A stretch of 62,245 nt of DNA, filler included, from Pirum gemmata (Eukaryota): the NCBI GenBank assembly GCA_002812295.1. It is 11 parts of 11 records of this genome, joined end to end, with 100 filler letters (N's around TTAATTAATTAA, not from the genome) between each part and the next. Parts side by side here need not be neighbours in the genome. Positions count along the whole stretch, not along the records: positions 15,826 to 25,389 come from PDIN01000659.1; positions 25,490 to 30,637 come from PDIN01000660.1; positions 30,738 to 35,891 come from PDIN01000661.1; positions 35,992 to 41,112 come from PDIN01000662.1; 7 more parts are not named here. One strand, given 5' to 3'. The first letter of the stretch is position 1. The number at the start of each line of letters is the position of its first letter. The translations under genes were made by a program, and so were the position numbers. Positions 25,362 through 37,158 of the stretch are shown here, in pieces. The notes under the pieces are model-generated. The model worked only from the letters and a program-made list of their open reading frames with translations, ran no database searches and had not been told where the DNA came from.

Positions 25362-25610
25362 TATTATTATTATTACTATTATTATTATTNNNNNNNNNNN
25401 NNNNNNNNNNNNNNNNNNNNNNNNNNNNNNNNNTTAATTAATTAANNNNNNNNNNNNNNNNNNNNNNNNNNNNNNNNNNNNNNNNNNNNGTTAGGGTTAG
25501 GGTTAGGGTTAGGGTTATTAAGGGTTAGTCTTTGTCTCAAATTTTCCCAAATTAAACTGGACTTTCCTCCCTATAATATCTGAGACAGATTTATACTGAT
25601 TTATTTTTTT

Positions 25611-25647
<37 letters not shown>

Positions 25648-25944
25648 AACTTGCATTGCGTACAAAAGCAGCACAAAATGCCACAAATTGCCAGTTTTTG
25701 CCAGTTTCAAAAAAAGAACTTAAAATACAGCCAATAGAATCTGATATTCATTCAACACTTTTTGTACGTTATTAGTGGAAAAAGAGCCAGAAAAAAAGCC
25801 CCAACAAAAAAACTTCTTGTATATAAAGAATTCATAATTACAAAAATAATTTAAAAAAATTTTGTAAAACAGAAAATTTCAGAAACATTTATATTACATA
25901 GTTAAATTGTAATATAATTGAAAACAATACCGATTATCAGTACA

Positions 25945-28900
25945 ATGAGTTTTGTCAAAGCATCCATTCTTTTTTTATTTGGTTCAGTGTTTGCAAAAAA
26001 TGCTTTAAAACCAACAAACTGGGAAAATTTCATCGAATTCAGAAACACGGTAGTCACAACAAATAATAATAAATTGTTATAATTAAATAATAATGAAAAA
26101 TCAATTCATTATAATGACATAATTATGAATTACATTATAAATTTTTTATTATTATTTCTATAGGATATAATTATATATATTTGTATTACTGTTTGTTTTT
26201 TTTTTCTATTTGTTTATTGTTATTAACATTAATTAATTAACTAATAATAATTGGTATGACTATAGGATACATTGAGCGTTAATGTAGATAATGATGTTTT
26301 ACTTCCTGGTCATGTCGAATTTGTTCAATCTAAGAGTTTGGTCGATAATACTGGACGTGATGAAGATCAAAAAGTACAAATTACAATGCATAAAGACGCC
26401 TTAGTTCTTTTTACTCCTTTACTATCTAACGTTGAATCTGTGGATATAGAAAGCATCACTATTTTAGTGAAAACAGCAAATGGTAATCATATTTTTATTT
26501 ATTGTTATTAATACTTTTTGAGTATGTTTGAATACTTATTGGGTATGTTATTGTTGTTATTGCTGTTAGTGTTATCATCGTTGTTATCTATTTCTACTCT
26601 TATGATTGTTATTCTTATTATTAAAAATTTACAATTTAATTAATTTAAAAATATTGCACTTTTTAATTAATTAAAAAAAAAGGGGAAATTTTTGAAAGAG
26701 TAATGAAGCACCCGTATGAAATGCCAGGCACAGACCAAACTATTGATGGGAGACCACAATTAATATATTCTAAAAAAGCTTGGTCGATGAGGGTTCCATG
26801 GAATTATATAACAAATGGTATTTTTTATTTAAAGTTTTATTTTAAGATAATTAATTATACTAATTTGTGTTTGTTTTTGTTAATTAATTAAAGATAAATA
26901 AATTATAAATGAAATGAAATAAATAAATAAAATCAATTTTGTATATAGACATGGATGTTTTATTTACTGCCATGGTTGATGGTCAAGAATTAACTACCAC
27001 AATGGATGGTATCGAAGTTGGAGCTCCAAATGAGTTGATGCTGGTCAATATTGATCTAGGTATGTTTAGACGATAGCGTGATATATATTGAACAAATTAT
27101 TGCTCTATGTTTTCTATACGTTTATTTTCGGAGACATTAAAAGAATCAATCGACGATGATTGTAAAGTTAACATTTACTAAACGTTTTTTGTATTTAAAT
27201 TGAATATATATAATATAATATAAGTATATATACAATAAAATTTACATATCAAATAACCAGACAAACAACCAAACAAACAAAATAAACTATCAGTAAATAA
27301 ATAAAATAATATATTGTAAAATAGCTGTAAAATATAAAATAAATAATAAAGAAATGTAATGTATAAAATAATGTTATTTTATTTATTTATTTTATTACAA
27401 TTTTTAATTAAACCTTTTCAAATTAGGTATGTTAACGAATCCAGATAATCGTCATGAATGGATAGCAGCTAAAGGAGGTAAAAGAAAATCACAATTAGCG
27501 GCAGAATATTTTCAAAAAATGCCCATTGCCAAACTTCGTGTGGGTGAATACTTGCCCATACATCTCAGAGAAGTATTTTTACCAAATGGAAACTTTTATG
27601 TTACAAAAAGTGATGATCAAGACGCTGGGATTTATAAAGGAGACATGCGTGAATATATTGCAAAAGAATTGATGGGAGATGGTATTAATAGGGCCTCTAT
27701 GGGAATCCCTGCCTCAAACACAAAAACCAAAACTACACGATTTTTTCGTCGTACCAACAGTGTGACAAGTATAGGAAAATACACTGATAAAGAAAATATA
27801 AACGGTCCGGGCATTGATGGTATTTTTTTGTCCTCGCTATTTTTGTTATTTTGTTATTTTGTTATTTTTATTGTTTTAATTAATATTTTTATTTGTTTTG
27901 TTTTTAATATTTTTTTGCTATATTTTAATTAAAATTTTATTTTTATTATTCGTGTCATTTTGATTGTTGGTTTATTTATTTATTTCTCTCTTTCCTTCTC
28001 TCAGTTCAGCATGGTTTAAGTGGTGGAGCCTCTAAATTAACTTTGCGTAGTACCTTGGGGAATGAATTTGTTCATGAATATGGTCATGATCATGGTCTGG
28101 GCCATTATCCAGGTGGTGAAAAGGCCGTTTTCAGTGAAGTAGACGGTTGGGGTTTTGATTTTTTTAAAAATAGATTCATTACTGGATTCGATTATAGTCA
28201 GCCAGGAACTACTAAAGAATATGACTATGGCAAAGGTAAAATTGTAAAAGCACCCTTCAAAGACAATTTTAACTGGAACAAAGATGCTATGGGAGGTGGA
28301 TCTGTTAGCGGACAAACCAATTCCTTTTCTCAACACACCCTTTTTTCTACTACTTTAATACAAAAAAAATTATCTACTACACCGATTCTAGGTAATTTAT
28401 CTTATTTCTTATATATCTTTTTTGTCTTAAAATAATATTATTATGAATAATTATGTATATTTTCGTCTTATTGCTTTTTTTTGATTTTTTTAAATCAAAT
28501 ATTTTTTTATCAAGTTTTTTTGGCTTTATTAATAACCAATATACATTACTGTATGCATGTATTATTTTTTTTTAAAAAAAATAGATCAACAAAGTTCAAC
28601 TGGCTATAAAATATTTCAAAATGGACAATTAGTAGAGACCAATGTAGACGGTCCAAAACCAGATAAATTCCACATTCCAGTTATGACATTAGTAGGGTTT
28701 TATGATCCATCTGAAAATTCACAATATGAGAAAAAGGCTTACATTTATCCTGCATTATATGCTAACCTAGGTAATACATTTACACCGGAAACTATTAGTA
28801 ATTCAAAAACATCTCTTCAAAATTCACAATGTTCTGTAACTGTTGTTGATAGTCAACAAAATGAGTCGGTCTTCCCAGTCGATGATACCTTAATTTCCGA

Positions 28901-30131
28901 TAATAATATGATGAATATGTTATCGATCAATTTACCCATGGATAATGGGCAAACCTATACTGCGGCGTCATTACAGTGCCGGGGTAGCGAATTGCATTCT
29001 AGAACGATCGAACGACCAACAGCCAGTTTAGATAGCTTTATTACTGTAGGTAAAGAATATGGTTTAGAGGATGTACGTGCCAACTTACCAACTTTTATAA
29101 ACTCTGGCTTTATCACTCCGAATTTGTATCCCTCAATCTTTTCGCTTGAGTTGGCAATTAGTAGCGTTTATGGACCATCCTATCGATTAGAATTAGGCAA
29201 AGAAGTAATCAAGGGGCTTATTTATGAGTATAATGGTGTTTATTACGTCGCTACTGATACTTTACGAACCACAACTTTAAACGACATTACTAATTGGCAA
29301 ATATTAGGTAATCGGCTTGAACTTTTAGCAAACAACATCGATCAACTGCCAATAGGAGTAAAAAGCAACCAGGGATATGGGACCCCCCAAACCAGTGTTC
29401 ATTATTATATTCCGGTGGACTATTTGAATGTTGTGCAATCAGATGTCACCAACAAATATGATAGAGTATGGTATGGTAAAACAGAGTATAGTTCTTTAAT
29501 GGTCAAAGCAAGCAACCAGGCTACTGGCGAGGTTGTTTCATTACCTTTAAGAGCTAGATTTAATGGTAGACATGGCTTGAATGTCGGCTTTGGTGTAAAT
29601 AGCAAATCAAATCCGGAAGTTTATGCAGAAAGCACGGATGTAAAAAAAGAATTGATTAGCGATGGTGAATATGTTTTATATCCTCTTACAATGTTTGGAA
29701 TCGGGTGGCATGTACATGAACTTCATTTTCCAATCAATGTTTATGGATCAGTAATAATTAGTGATAATGGTAACACTATAGTGTATACTGAAAATGTAAA
29801 CAATAATTACCCGCCCCCACCCCTACCCCCACCTCCAACTCCACCAACACTTCCCAAAGATCCAACAACACCAACCCTTCCCAAAGATCCAACAACACCA
29901 ACACTTCCCAAAGATCCAACAACACCAACACTTCCCAAAGATCCAACAACACCAACAAATAAATGTGAACAACATGTCAAATGGGCTATGAAAATCGGGT
30001 TAGTAAAGTATTCAGAGCTCTATGAGGGATCTGGATTAACACAAGAGAGTAGTCGAGGGGAAATTCAAACTTTTCTTGCCGAAATGTATCCGGAATGCCG
30101 AAATGTATCCGGAATGCGAAGGCAAAAGTAA
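25945..30131 (+). CDS. Secreted M66-family zinc metalloprotease (StcE/TagA/dictomallein-like), 7 exons, about 964 aa
   Basis: Exons 25945-26049, 26266-26482, 26683-26817, 26949-27059, 27427-27819, 28005-28391 and 28585-30131, all GT-AG and phase-compatible (2895 nt). Signal peptide; VGAPNELMLVNIDLGMLT; EYFQKMP; STLGNEFVHEYGHDHGLGHY; DAMGGG; PVMTLVGFYDP..YIYPALY. Confidence 0.9.
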
Positions 30132-30737
30132 CACTATCGATGATATTGGTAGCGGAATGGTTTTCTCTGTATCTCTTTTGCAATTGATCTCATGTTTTTT
30201 GGCATCTTTAAATTTGTAAATTGTAAACGAAATTGCGGTAATAAAATTTTAAATATTATGATATTTCGATAAATAATATTGATAATGATGGATTGATATA
30301 TAATACAATAACAATGGATCAATATACAATAATAACAGATATTTAATTATTTTCACTTTATTTTATTATTAATATTATTAAATTTTGAATATATATAACA
30401 TATATATTTCTTTATCAAAGAACAAAGAACGGATACAAAAAAAAAAAAAAAGGAACAAATTAGAGGTTATTTTGTTCAATCAAGTTGAATTGGATGTTGT
30501 TCTTTTCGATTGTTTTCTTACAACAAAATATCCTGTTTGCGAAGACAAGTGATCGTTGTGGGATGATTGATTTTTTTTTTTCCGATTTTGTCATTTTTTT
30601 ATTATTTTATTTCGAGCAGGCCTTTTTTTTTTTTTTCNNNNNNNNNNNNNNNNNNNNNNNNNNNNNNNNNNNNNNNNNNNNTTAATTAATTAANNNNNNN
30701 NNNNNNNNNNNNNNNNNNNNNNNNNNNNNNNNNNNNN

Positions 30738-31860
30738 ATAATAATAATAATAATAATAGCAATAATAATAATACTGTGCACGTGAATAACAATAATAACA
30801 ATATATAATAACAATAATATTAATTATAACAATAATAACAATAATAACAATAATAACAATAATAACAATAATAACAATATAATAATAACAATAATAACAA
30901 TATATTAATAGCAATTATAACAATAATAACAATAATAATAATAATAATAATAATAACAATAACAACAATAACAATAATAATAACAATAATAACAATATTA
31001 ATAATATTAAAATAATAACAATTAACAATAACAATAATAAATTAAAAATAATATTAATTAATAACAATAATAACAATAATAACAATAATAACAATAATAA
31101 CAATATTATTAATAACAATAACAATAATAACAATAAGAACAATTAATAATAAAAATAGCAACAATAATAGCAATGATACCAATAATAACAATAATAACAA
31201 TAAAAACAATAATAACAATAACAGTCAATAATAGTCAATAATAACAATAAACAATAATAACAATAATAACGTTTTAACAATAACAACAACAATAACAATA
31301 ATAACAATAATAACAATAATAACAATATTAACAATAATAACAATAATAACGATAACAATACATAATAACAATAACAATACATAATAACAACAACAATATT
31401 AATAATAACAACAATAATAACAATAATAACAATAATAACAATAATAACAATAATAACAATAATAACAATAAAATAATGATTATAACCTTAATAAACAAAC
31501 AATAATAACAATAAAAATAATAATACTAATAACAATAACAACAATAATAACAAAACAATAATAACAATAATAACAATAATAACAATAATAACAATAATAA
31601 CAATATAATATAATAACAATAATAACAATAATAATAACAATAAAAATAATAAAAATAATAACAATAATAACAATAATAACAATAATAACAATAATAACAA
31701 TAATAACGATAACAATAATAACAATAATATTAATCATAACAAAACAATAATAACATAATATAAGATTATATAAATATATATGATAAGACCAAAGCAATAT
31801 AATATGACAATGATACAATAATGACAATAATAACAAAAACAATAATAATAGAATTCAATA
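30738..31860. repeat. AAT/AAC low-complexity tract
   Basis: (AATAATAAC)n variants. Confidence 0.9.
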
Positions 31861-32045
31861 ACAATAGATAACATAACGTACATGTACAGTAATAAAAATA
31901 ATGAAAATAATTAACAAAATTAACAATAATAACAACAATAGTAATAATAAAACTAACAACTATTAATAAATTAATTACCTGATAGCTAACGTAAATAGTT
32001 AGATACTACTACTACTACTAGTACTAGTACTAGTACTAGTAAGAA

Positions 32046-32109
<64 letters not shown>

Positions 32110-32610
32110 TTATTATTATTATTATTATATAATTACTACTACTACTACTACTATTACTATTACTACTACTATTACTACTACTAGTACTACTACTACTACT
32201 ACTGCATGGTATACTGTTGTGATCAAGATTCAAGAGACAACTTAGTATTCACAGTTTTTCACTCTTGAATTTGAAGACTAAAAAAATTGCTATATTTGCA
32301 ATTGTGATTATTGTTAAAGGTCCGTTTCATTATCTACCTTATTTAATATCTGAAGCCGATCATTATACATCTTGAGTGTTCATCTGGAACATTGTAAAAT
32401 AATAATTGTTCAGTGCGCAAGATCTGAAATGCAAGATTATGCAAGATTCAGGTACGCAACCACACACGTTCTCAAATCAAAAAAAAAAAAAAAACACCCA
32501 GCAAAAAACTGCAAAAAACTGTAAAAATCACCTAGCAAAAATCACTTCCACCACTCCCCACCCAGCAGCACCCAGGCAAAATTCAATTGGACAAAAATCA
32601 TCAGCAAAAA

Positions 32611-32909
32611 GGGAGCGTTCAATAATTACGTAACGCGAATTTAGGGCCAAAACCTACCCTGCTACCCCCAATATAACACTTGGTCACGGAAGGACTACCC
32701 CCCCCCCCCCTTTACGACCTAGCGATTTTGAAAAAAGAGTACCTTTATTTGTTTTTATTTTTATTTTATTTTGCGTTACGTCATATTAAGAATATCTACC
32801 TACCTACTATGATTAAATACTATTAAATGCGTCATGATGAGTCACAAAAATCAGTTCAAAAATCCGACCCCCCCTACCACCCCGCGTTACGTAATTATTG
32901 AACGCTCCC
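32611..32909. mobile_element. PIF/Harbinger-like MITE (family B relative), perfect 27-bp TIRs, TSD AAA
   Basis: GGGAGCGTTCAATAATTACGTAACGCG and its exact reverse complement, with AAA on both sides. It interrupts a CAAAAATCAC-like repeat. Confidence 0.9.
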
Positions 32910-32951
32910 AAATCACTGGTAAAAATCACAGGCAAAAATCTTGAAAAATCA

Positions 32952-32989
<38 letters not shown>

Positions 32990-32996
32990 AAAAAAA

Positions 32997-33064
<68 letters not shown>

Positions 33065-34447
33065 TTCTGAAAAATTTCTGAAAAAGTAAGTAAATTCAGT
33101 GTAAATTCTGCAAATTTGGTATCAAAAAAAGCTGATCTGCAATACCCTTGTAACTAGGAATCTCAGCCTCCCCCCAGGTCAGTCTGTCAAAACTCTGTCA
33201 ATATATAACACATATATAGGCACCAAAATCTTTTTGATTGAAGTTCTGATTCTTATGAACCCACTAAAGACCAATAGATAGGGTCTAATGTTCACCTCAA
33301 AAATATATTTGGAAACATACGTTACCTAACCAAATGTAGTAAATTACAAACTCAGTTACCCAATAACAAAAAACAAATAAAATTGTAGAACGTTTGTGAT
33401 TTGTAGAATTACACAGAGTTGTCGACATTGGTCTAGTTTCATTGCTATTGTTATTGTTATTGTTATATAAATTGTTATTATTATTTCATCGAAACCTATT
33501 CAATAGAATAGCTATTTAAATAATTAATATATAAATATACCCTATAAACTTTAACTTATTATTGAAACCTATTTAATTAATAGCTATTAAACATGGGAGA
33601 ATTCAATTGTTATTGTTATTGTTTTTGTTACATAAAATATATACACTTTTCTCGCATAAAGTGTTATAGCATTATAATATAAATTGTTATTGTTATTGTA
33701 TTGAAACCTATCAATAAATATTTAAATAGCTATTTAATTAATGCATCATCATGAAGAATTTCATTGTTATCGTTATTGATATTGATAGCTATTGATATAA
33801 TATATTATATATAATATTATTATAATATATTATCATATATTAATTAATTTTTATTATTATTATTATATATTATTATTATACAGACATTAGTGGAACTAGA
33901 TTAGCAGACCAACAGTGACCAACATTAGTCCCCTTATTTCTTTCAAATTAATCATATATGATAATAAACAATAAATTACCACCAACGTCTAACTCTAACC
34001 CTAACCGAAACCCTAACCTTAACAGTTCTTTAACTCTAACCCTTACCATAACCGTAGCCTAAACTCTAACCTCAACCCTAACCTTAGCCCTAACCCTTAC
34101 TTCTTTCAAATTGAACGCATATGATAATAAACAATAAATTGAAAACAACCATTTTAATAAAGAAAACCATCAAGATATTTAAAAAATTATATATACTAGA
34201 GCCATACTAGCTATAGCTATAGTTATCTATAAAAAAGCACGTTTATTATAATGGTAAGTATTATAAAAATATAATAATAACTAGTATGTACATAATATTG
34301 AACTCATGGGCGGTGATCTGAGGCATAGACGTCATTGGGTAATATCAGTTTTTTGTTGATGCTAATATTAGATTTTGTTATTCCAACATTTTTTTTTTTT
34401 TTGAAATTTTCTTTGTGTTTTTCATACACTCTTTAATAAAATATAAA

Positions 34448-34495
<48 letters not shown>

Positions 34496-34651
34496 GTGTA
34501 TAAATAAGCTAGATTTTTCACAAATAATAAAAACAAAAAGAACAAAGAAAAATATACATTGTAAGTAAAACAAAATAATATTATACAATTAACAATTATT
34601 AATAATAATAATACAACAAAACCACAATTATAAAATAACCCAATAATAAAT

Positions 34652-35752
34652 ATGAATTTTCTATCTATATCACTTTGCGTTGTTGCCACCCTTTTTGCCA
34701 CAGATGTAGCAGGACATGGTACATTAAAAACACCTTGGGGAAGTCAATCTGCAAACGGGCCTATTCATACTGAACAATGCAATGACATTGCGCCAAACAT
34801 GAAGCCCTACTATGGTCATTATCCTACGGCAGATATGGATTCTTTTGCGAATGATTTCCGTAATTCCGCGTTTGGTGGAGACCTTCGTAAACTTTTCCAA
34901 AGCAAAAACTTCGACGGTAACAGTAAAAGTACCCGCACAAACTGGGGAGAACAAGACGCTCCGACTTATGTGAAATGGCAAAATCACAACGCCGATAATT
35001 TTATCATTGACCACAACGGACCTTGTGCCATTTATGTCGTACACGGTAGCAATGCTAAAAGAATCTTCCAACACGACGATTGTGTTAAAGATTATCGCCA
35101 TAGTAATATAAATACCCCGACTTTACCATCAGAATGTGGTGCAGGAGGTTGTACAATGGAATTTTATTGGTTAGTCACTGGTGTAGGAAGTGGAGTAACT
35201 GCTGGTCAAGCTCAATATTACTACGCTGCTACAAAGTTGAAAGGCACTGGTTCTGGTGGTTCTGATACTGGTACTGATACTGGTACTGATTCTGGCAATA
35301 ACAACAATAAGGATTGTACTTCACAAAATGAAGATCCATATGTTAGTGGTAACTTAAAACAATGTTGTGCAGGACTAACTGAAGAACTTAAAGATTGGAA
35401 TGGAGATGGACGTTGGCATTACAAATGCACTGGTACACCAATCTTTGACGAGGGTAACGATAAACCAATTGCAAGCCCTACAACCGAAGTAGTTTTATCT
35501 GAGCAATGCAATGAAAACACTAGTAAAGTGGTATTGGAAGTGGGTAGTTACACAAAATCACAATTAACTACGAAACTTAAAGCCTTTACTCAGTTGGCTG
35601 TGCCAAAAGGGTTTATAGTCACAGGATTCTCTGGAGAAAGTTTTACTGGACAATATAAAGTTTGGGTTAATACTAAAGTTGATACTAAAATAAGTGATTG
35701 CTATAAAAACATGTTGGACAGCATCAACTCAATAATTATTGCCAAATTTTAA
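34652..35752 (+). CDS. Secreted lytic polysaccharide monooxygenase, AA17-like, with a Cys-rich module and a beta/gamma-crystallin-like C-terminal domain
   Basis: Signal peptide ending VAG followed by His (HGTLKTP; codon 34715-34717); DHNGPCAIY, RIFQHDDC, CGAGGCTMEFYWL, QYY; G/S/D/T linker; 4-Cys module; VVLSEQCN..LEVGSY..LAVPKGFIVTGFSGESFTG. Confidence 0.8.
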   Translation: MNFLSISLCVVATLFATDVAGHGTLKTPWGSQSANGPIHTEQCNDIAPNMKPYYGHYPTADMDSFANDFRNSAFGGDLRKLFQSKNFDGNSKSTRTNWGEQDAPTYVKWQNHNADNFIIDHNGPCAIYVVHGSNAKRIFQHDDCVKDYRHSNINTPTLPSECGAGGCTMEFYWLVTGVGSGVTAGQAQYYYAATKLKGTGSGGSDTGTDTGTDSGNNNNKDCTSQNEDPYVSGNLKQCCAGLTEELKDWNGDGRWHYKCTGTPIFDEGNDKPIASPTTEVVLSEQCNENTSKVVLEVGSYTKSQLTTKLKAFTQLAVPKGFIVTGFSGESFTGQYKVWVNTKVDTKISDCYKNMLDSINSIIIAKF

Positions 35753-36101
35753 AAACAAAACAAAACAAATAATTAAAAAAATAAACCAAATAAATAAAAT
35801 AAATAAAATAAATAAATAAATAAAATAAAATAAATAAATAAATAAATAAAATAAAATAAATAAATAAATAAAATAAATAGATAAATAAATANNNNNNNNN
35901 NNNNNNNNNNNNNNNNNNNNNNNNNNNNNNNNNNNTTAATTAATTAANNNNNNNNNNNNNNNNNNNNNNNNNNNNNNNNNNNNNNNNNNNNGGTCAGGGT
36001 CAGGGTCAGGGTCAGGGTCAGGGACAGGGTCAGGGACAGGGTTAAAGTTAGGTAAATTAGGGAGAGTAATGAGAAAGGCAGAGAATAAATCAATAGTTTA
36101 C

Positions 36102-37064
36102 GTATGAAATTCCAGTGTTCTAAATTTTGATGATTCGCTTTGACTGTTTTCACGCAACCTTCAACAGCTTTACTATTGATATCAATACCAAAGTATAAAC
36201 AATTTGAGGATAAAGTCTGTTTAGCATCATTATTGACTGAAAGATCGTTACTATTAATATTACAAGTATCGTTGTTTTTGTTCGAATAATTTTTTTTAGT
36301 TACATCATCTGTCTCAGTTGCTTTAATATCTCTACTCTGGTTATTATTCGCAGTCTTTTTACTTAATAAATTTGCCAAAAAAGTTATGACAGTGCCTAGA
36401 ATAAAAAAAAAAAGAAAGAAAAACAATTTAACGTTACAAAAAAAAATACAGACTATATACCTAACATTAACGCTAACGCTAACCCTAATCATATAACCCT
36501 AGCCCTAAAACATTACTCACTATTTATGTATAATAGTTATATAAAATTAGATGCGAGTAAGTAGTGTAACAGTTTAATTGATAAACAAAAAATTACCGGA
36601 ACAGACACCAATTTCAACACGAACCAAAGGATTGAAGTAAAAATAGTAAACAAAGAAACAATCCCATTGTTATCGAATGCTTATATTATAATTAGAATTG
36701 TAAAATCAACATATTCATCACAAATGATAGAGAAAAAATAACCAGAACAGACACCAAATTCAACACAAACCAAAGGATTGAAAAGTAAAAATAATAAACG
36801 AAGAAGACATAAATGTTTATATTATATTTGACATAGTAAAACCAAAATAATCACAACAAGGATAAAGAAAAAATTACCAGAACCGACACCAATTTCAACA
36901 CAAACGAAAGGATTTCTTATTTTGATATAATCAATATCCTTTTCTAACGCATCTAAAAATAAAAAGGTATCTTCTGCAGGCTCATAAATATTATCATAGT
37001 CTTCAAAGCAGAAATGACTCAAAGTAGGTGTTGGTGTAAAGTTAGAATTATCTTTGTTTATCAT
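36102..37064 (-). CDS. N6AMT1: HemK-family methyltransferase N6AMT1/HEMK2/Mtq2, first two exons (3' part lost at the contig end)
   Basis: Exon 1 37064-36878 ([33 protein letters not shown]) and exon 2 36395-36102 (TVITFL...[10 protein letters not shown]). GT-AG sites, phase 1. Confidence 0.9.
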
Positions 37065-37126
37065 TTTTATTTTATTTTTTTAATTACTTCACAGTTTATA
37101 TAATTATACTAAATGGTTCTTTTTGA

Positions 37127-37158
<32 letters not shown>

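Noticed and set aside
25731..25827. CCAAT and TATA promoter boxes upstream of the M66 gene
   Set aside because: The position is plausible, but such motifs are too frequent in this AT-rich DNA to call without TSS data.
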